Shown here in pieces: positions 63,701-64,000 of a stretch of 64,000 nt of DNA. Source of the DNA: Candidatus Latescibacterota bacterium (GTDB lineage: Bacteria > Latescibacterota > UBA2968). Position numbers and translations under genes: made by a program. Every line of letters begins with the position of its first letter. Position 1 is the stretch's first letter. Under the pieces are notes generated by a model. That model did no database searches. It was not told the origin of the DNA and saw nothing but the letters and a program-made list of their open reading frames with translations. The DNA lies in the NCBI GenBank assembly GCA_965204745.1, contig OZ242010.1, positions 2,336,001 through 2,400,000 on the forward strand, written 5' to 3'.

Positions 63701-63999
63701 GGAACGTCGGTCACTTCATCCGAGGGGTCACTGTCGGCTACATTGGCACGCGTGGCGATCACTCGAATCGCGTAGGTCGTCCCTGCGGTCAGCCCAGAAA
63801 TATCGTAGGTCGTGGTGCTCCCGTTAGCGATTGTGGCTTGCCCGCGCGTGGCGGACGCCAGATCGGAGGTGGGATAAGTCTCTGACCCGGATTTCCACTG
63901 CACCTTATACCCGGTTGCATCGTCCACTGCGTTCCAAGTCACGGTCAGCGTGTCCGCCGTCGCACTCACCTCCACACCCGTCGGGCTACCCAGCAGGGG
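60727..63999 (-). CDS. Giant modular surface protein, paralogue of 16509-27779 (FN3, GLUG cassette, Ig-like, 2x Calx-beta, twin dockerin-like tail); 5' part outside the window
   Basis: Frame open to the window edge; FN3 units and last ~125 aa nearly identical to giant gene 2. Confidence 0.92.
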   Translation of the reverse strand, partial: PLLGSPTGVEVSATADTLTVTWNAVDDATGYKVQWKSGSETYPTSDLASATRGQATIANGSTTTYDISGLTAGTTYAIRVIATRANVADSDPSDEVTDVPLLGSPTGVEVSATADTLTVTWNAVDDAIGYKVQWKSGSETYPTSDLVSALRGQATIADGSTTTYDISGLTAETTYTIRVIATHTTTAANSTPSDAVMVTTAPAKPTNVRVTPGPLQLIVRWTEATGARGYKVQWKSGGQSYNTSDRQATVSGGNTTTYTIENLTIGTIYTVRVIATLAGGMDSDPSDEVMGTPQRIDYDSDGDGLIDITTLAQLNAIRWDLNGDGVVAASDTMNYNAAFPNRDTTSNVRMGCPSGTCTGYELFASLDFDENGDGDITQTGDPTYWNSGMGWNPIGTFSTQYQGDFKGNGHTINNLFINRGNVNSIGLFGDVDTGVQIETVGVTNADVTGALYTGILVGSNNGTIVACYTTGSVTGTDRVGGIVGYQGRNAAVINSSYSTAAVSGNNQVGGVLGQKFGSVTNSYSTGRVSGSSNVGGLIGSSSQGSTTNSYWDTSTSDRATSGGGGTGKTTSELQSPTTYGATANDTYYGWDADLDGQSGNDDPWTFGAMNQYPVLKYAGMDTTVQFQLQPAIVTLALTPSSISENGGMSTVTATLAHPLSAATTIIVRPVAGAYTVAADSTITIAAGSTANASDTVVITAVDNTQDAPNRDVTVTVVADNAQAVFLSTVITITDDDAPPRLSISSPSAVEGTALTFTVRLHAASGKEVTVAYADAGTGTATSGTDYTALTAGTLTFAAGTTSQTIAVSVSDDSDDEPNETVEVTLSNAVNATFDGGATSLTGTGTIIDDDGMPALSIGSPSVIEGATGATLTFQVYLRPAHTAQVTVGYADAGTGTATSGTDYTALTAGTLTFAMGDTIQTIPVSVTDDSNDEQNETVIVTLSSATNATISTAQGTGTIIDDETSSANLDVDGDGRVRLFSDIILVIRYVLFFRNEALLRGNVIEPTATRTTAQEIEPYLDTLVNQNILDVDGDGDVRLFSDIILIIRYVLFFRNEALVRGNVIEPTATRTTSQAIEPYIRSLYPDSHFQ

Positions 64000-64000
64000 A

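Overview
GC-rich bacterial chromosomal window. Gene content (EF-hand/dockerin-like tags, Calx-beta/FN3/cadherin/LRR/GLUG giant proteins, a GWxTD protein, a PhyH dioxygenase, dense intergenic palindromic repeats) resembles Latescibacterota/FCB-type marine sponge symbionts; this is inference, not a measured placement. Three giant modular surface proteins dominate: <2-11653 (+), 16509-27779 (-) and 60727->63999 (-). The first is followed by a dockerin-tagged chondroitinase ABC-like lyase and an SGNH esterase. The two minus-strand paralogues share a ~0.7 kb 3' block containing a twin dockerin-like C-terminus, a stop-overlapping free dockerin mini-ORF and a terminator. Between them lie a sugar-catabolic cluster, housekeeping genes (dNK, panB, panC, sodA, peroxiredoxin, A-type Fe-S carrier, rny, Cys-depleted IscU, queG, miaB, lipA), a fused IOR gene bracketed by two decayed toxin-antitoxin loci, a lower-GC island (TerB-J-domain, Zn-finger/HNH-like/membrane protein, glycine-zipper protein), a plant-HPR1-like dehydrogenase, sthA and several MITE/REP-like families. 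No rRNA, tRNA, CRISPR array, transposase or integrase was recognised.
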